Shown: positions 63,701 through 64,000 of the stretch, piece after piece
How the letters are laid out: each line of letters starts with the position of its first letter
Position numbering within the stretch: the stretch's first letter is position 1
The notes under the pieces: model-generated
Told to the model about the DNA's origin: nothing
Databases searched by the model: none
The model's input: the letters and a program-made list of their open reading frames with translations, nothing else
Position numbers and translations under genes: made by a program
Source of the DNA: Paraglomus brasilianum
Taxonomy: Eukaryota
NCBI GenBank assembly: GCA_910592345.1
Contig: CAJVPI010000046.1
Span: 1-64,000, forward strand
Reading direction: 5' to 3'
DNA: 64,000 bases

Positions 63701-64000
63701 CAACAGACGCAATAATAGCAAAAACGTTTCGAAAAATCCGCAACAGCACAAAATACTATAATTGGAATTAGCTAAAAGAGCGCTACGTTTTTTTTCGCAA
63801 CACTCAAAGATATATAAGTAGCTCATATTCCATCACCAAATCTTCATGTTGCAAATATTGTTCATGTTGTGAAATAAATAAAATATTATTGATCTTAGTA
63901 ATATTCTTTTATTATAAATATCCAATTAAATTTCTATCGTCAAAATAATTGATTATTCGACCGGACATTCCACTAAACGGCTCACTTAAGCTGTAACGAA

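Overview
AT-rich, intron-rich eukaryotic genomic DNA from an early-diverging fungus (Mucoromycota; the repeat and transposon content suggests Glomeromycotina, which is inference). About 13 housekeeping genes are present: CCT3, a GPR1/FUN34/YaaH acetate transporter, a ZGPAT-like G-patch protein, a Q-rich triple-HMG-box factor, RPL11, YTH1, DOT1, HBS1/SKI7, ENP1, RPL43, RBA50/RPAP1, YDJ1 and an ERMARD-like protein. They are interleaved with decayed mobile DNA: Tc1/mariner, hAT and LINE relics, MITEs and minisatellites. Highlights: (1) two IS607-type Fanzor2/TnpB loci, one a C-terminus plus putative right end at the window start, the other a decayed serine-recombinase + Fanzor2 element at 56.1-57.7 kb; (2) a decayed Polinton/virus-like cassette (integrase, PD-(D/E)XK nuclease, A32-like ATPase) at 43.3-45.9 kb; (3) two unannotated intergenic segments (21.2-21.5 kb and 42.8-43.2 kb) that fold by eye into multi-helix, G-U-rich structures on the + strand and are candidate ncRNAs; (4) in-frame alternative 3' splice sites predicting Hbs1 and Ski7-like isoforms. 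Exon boundaries and folds were read manually and no database searches were run.
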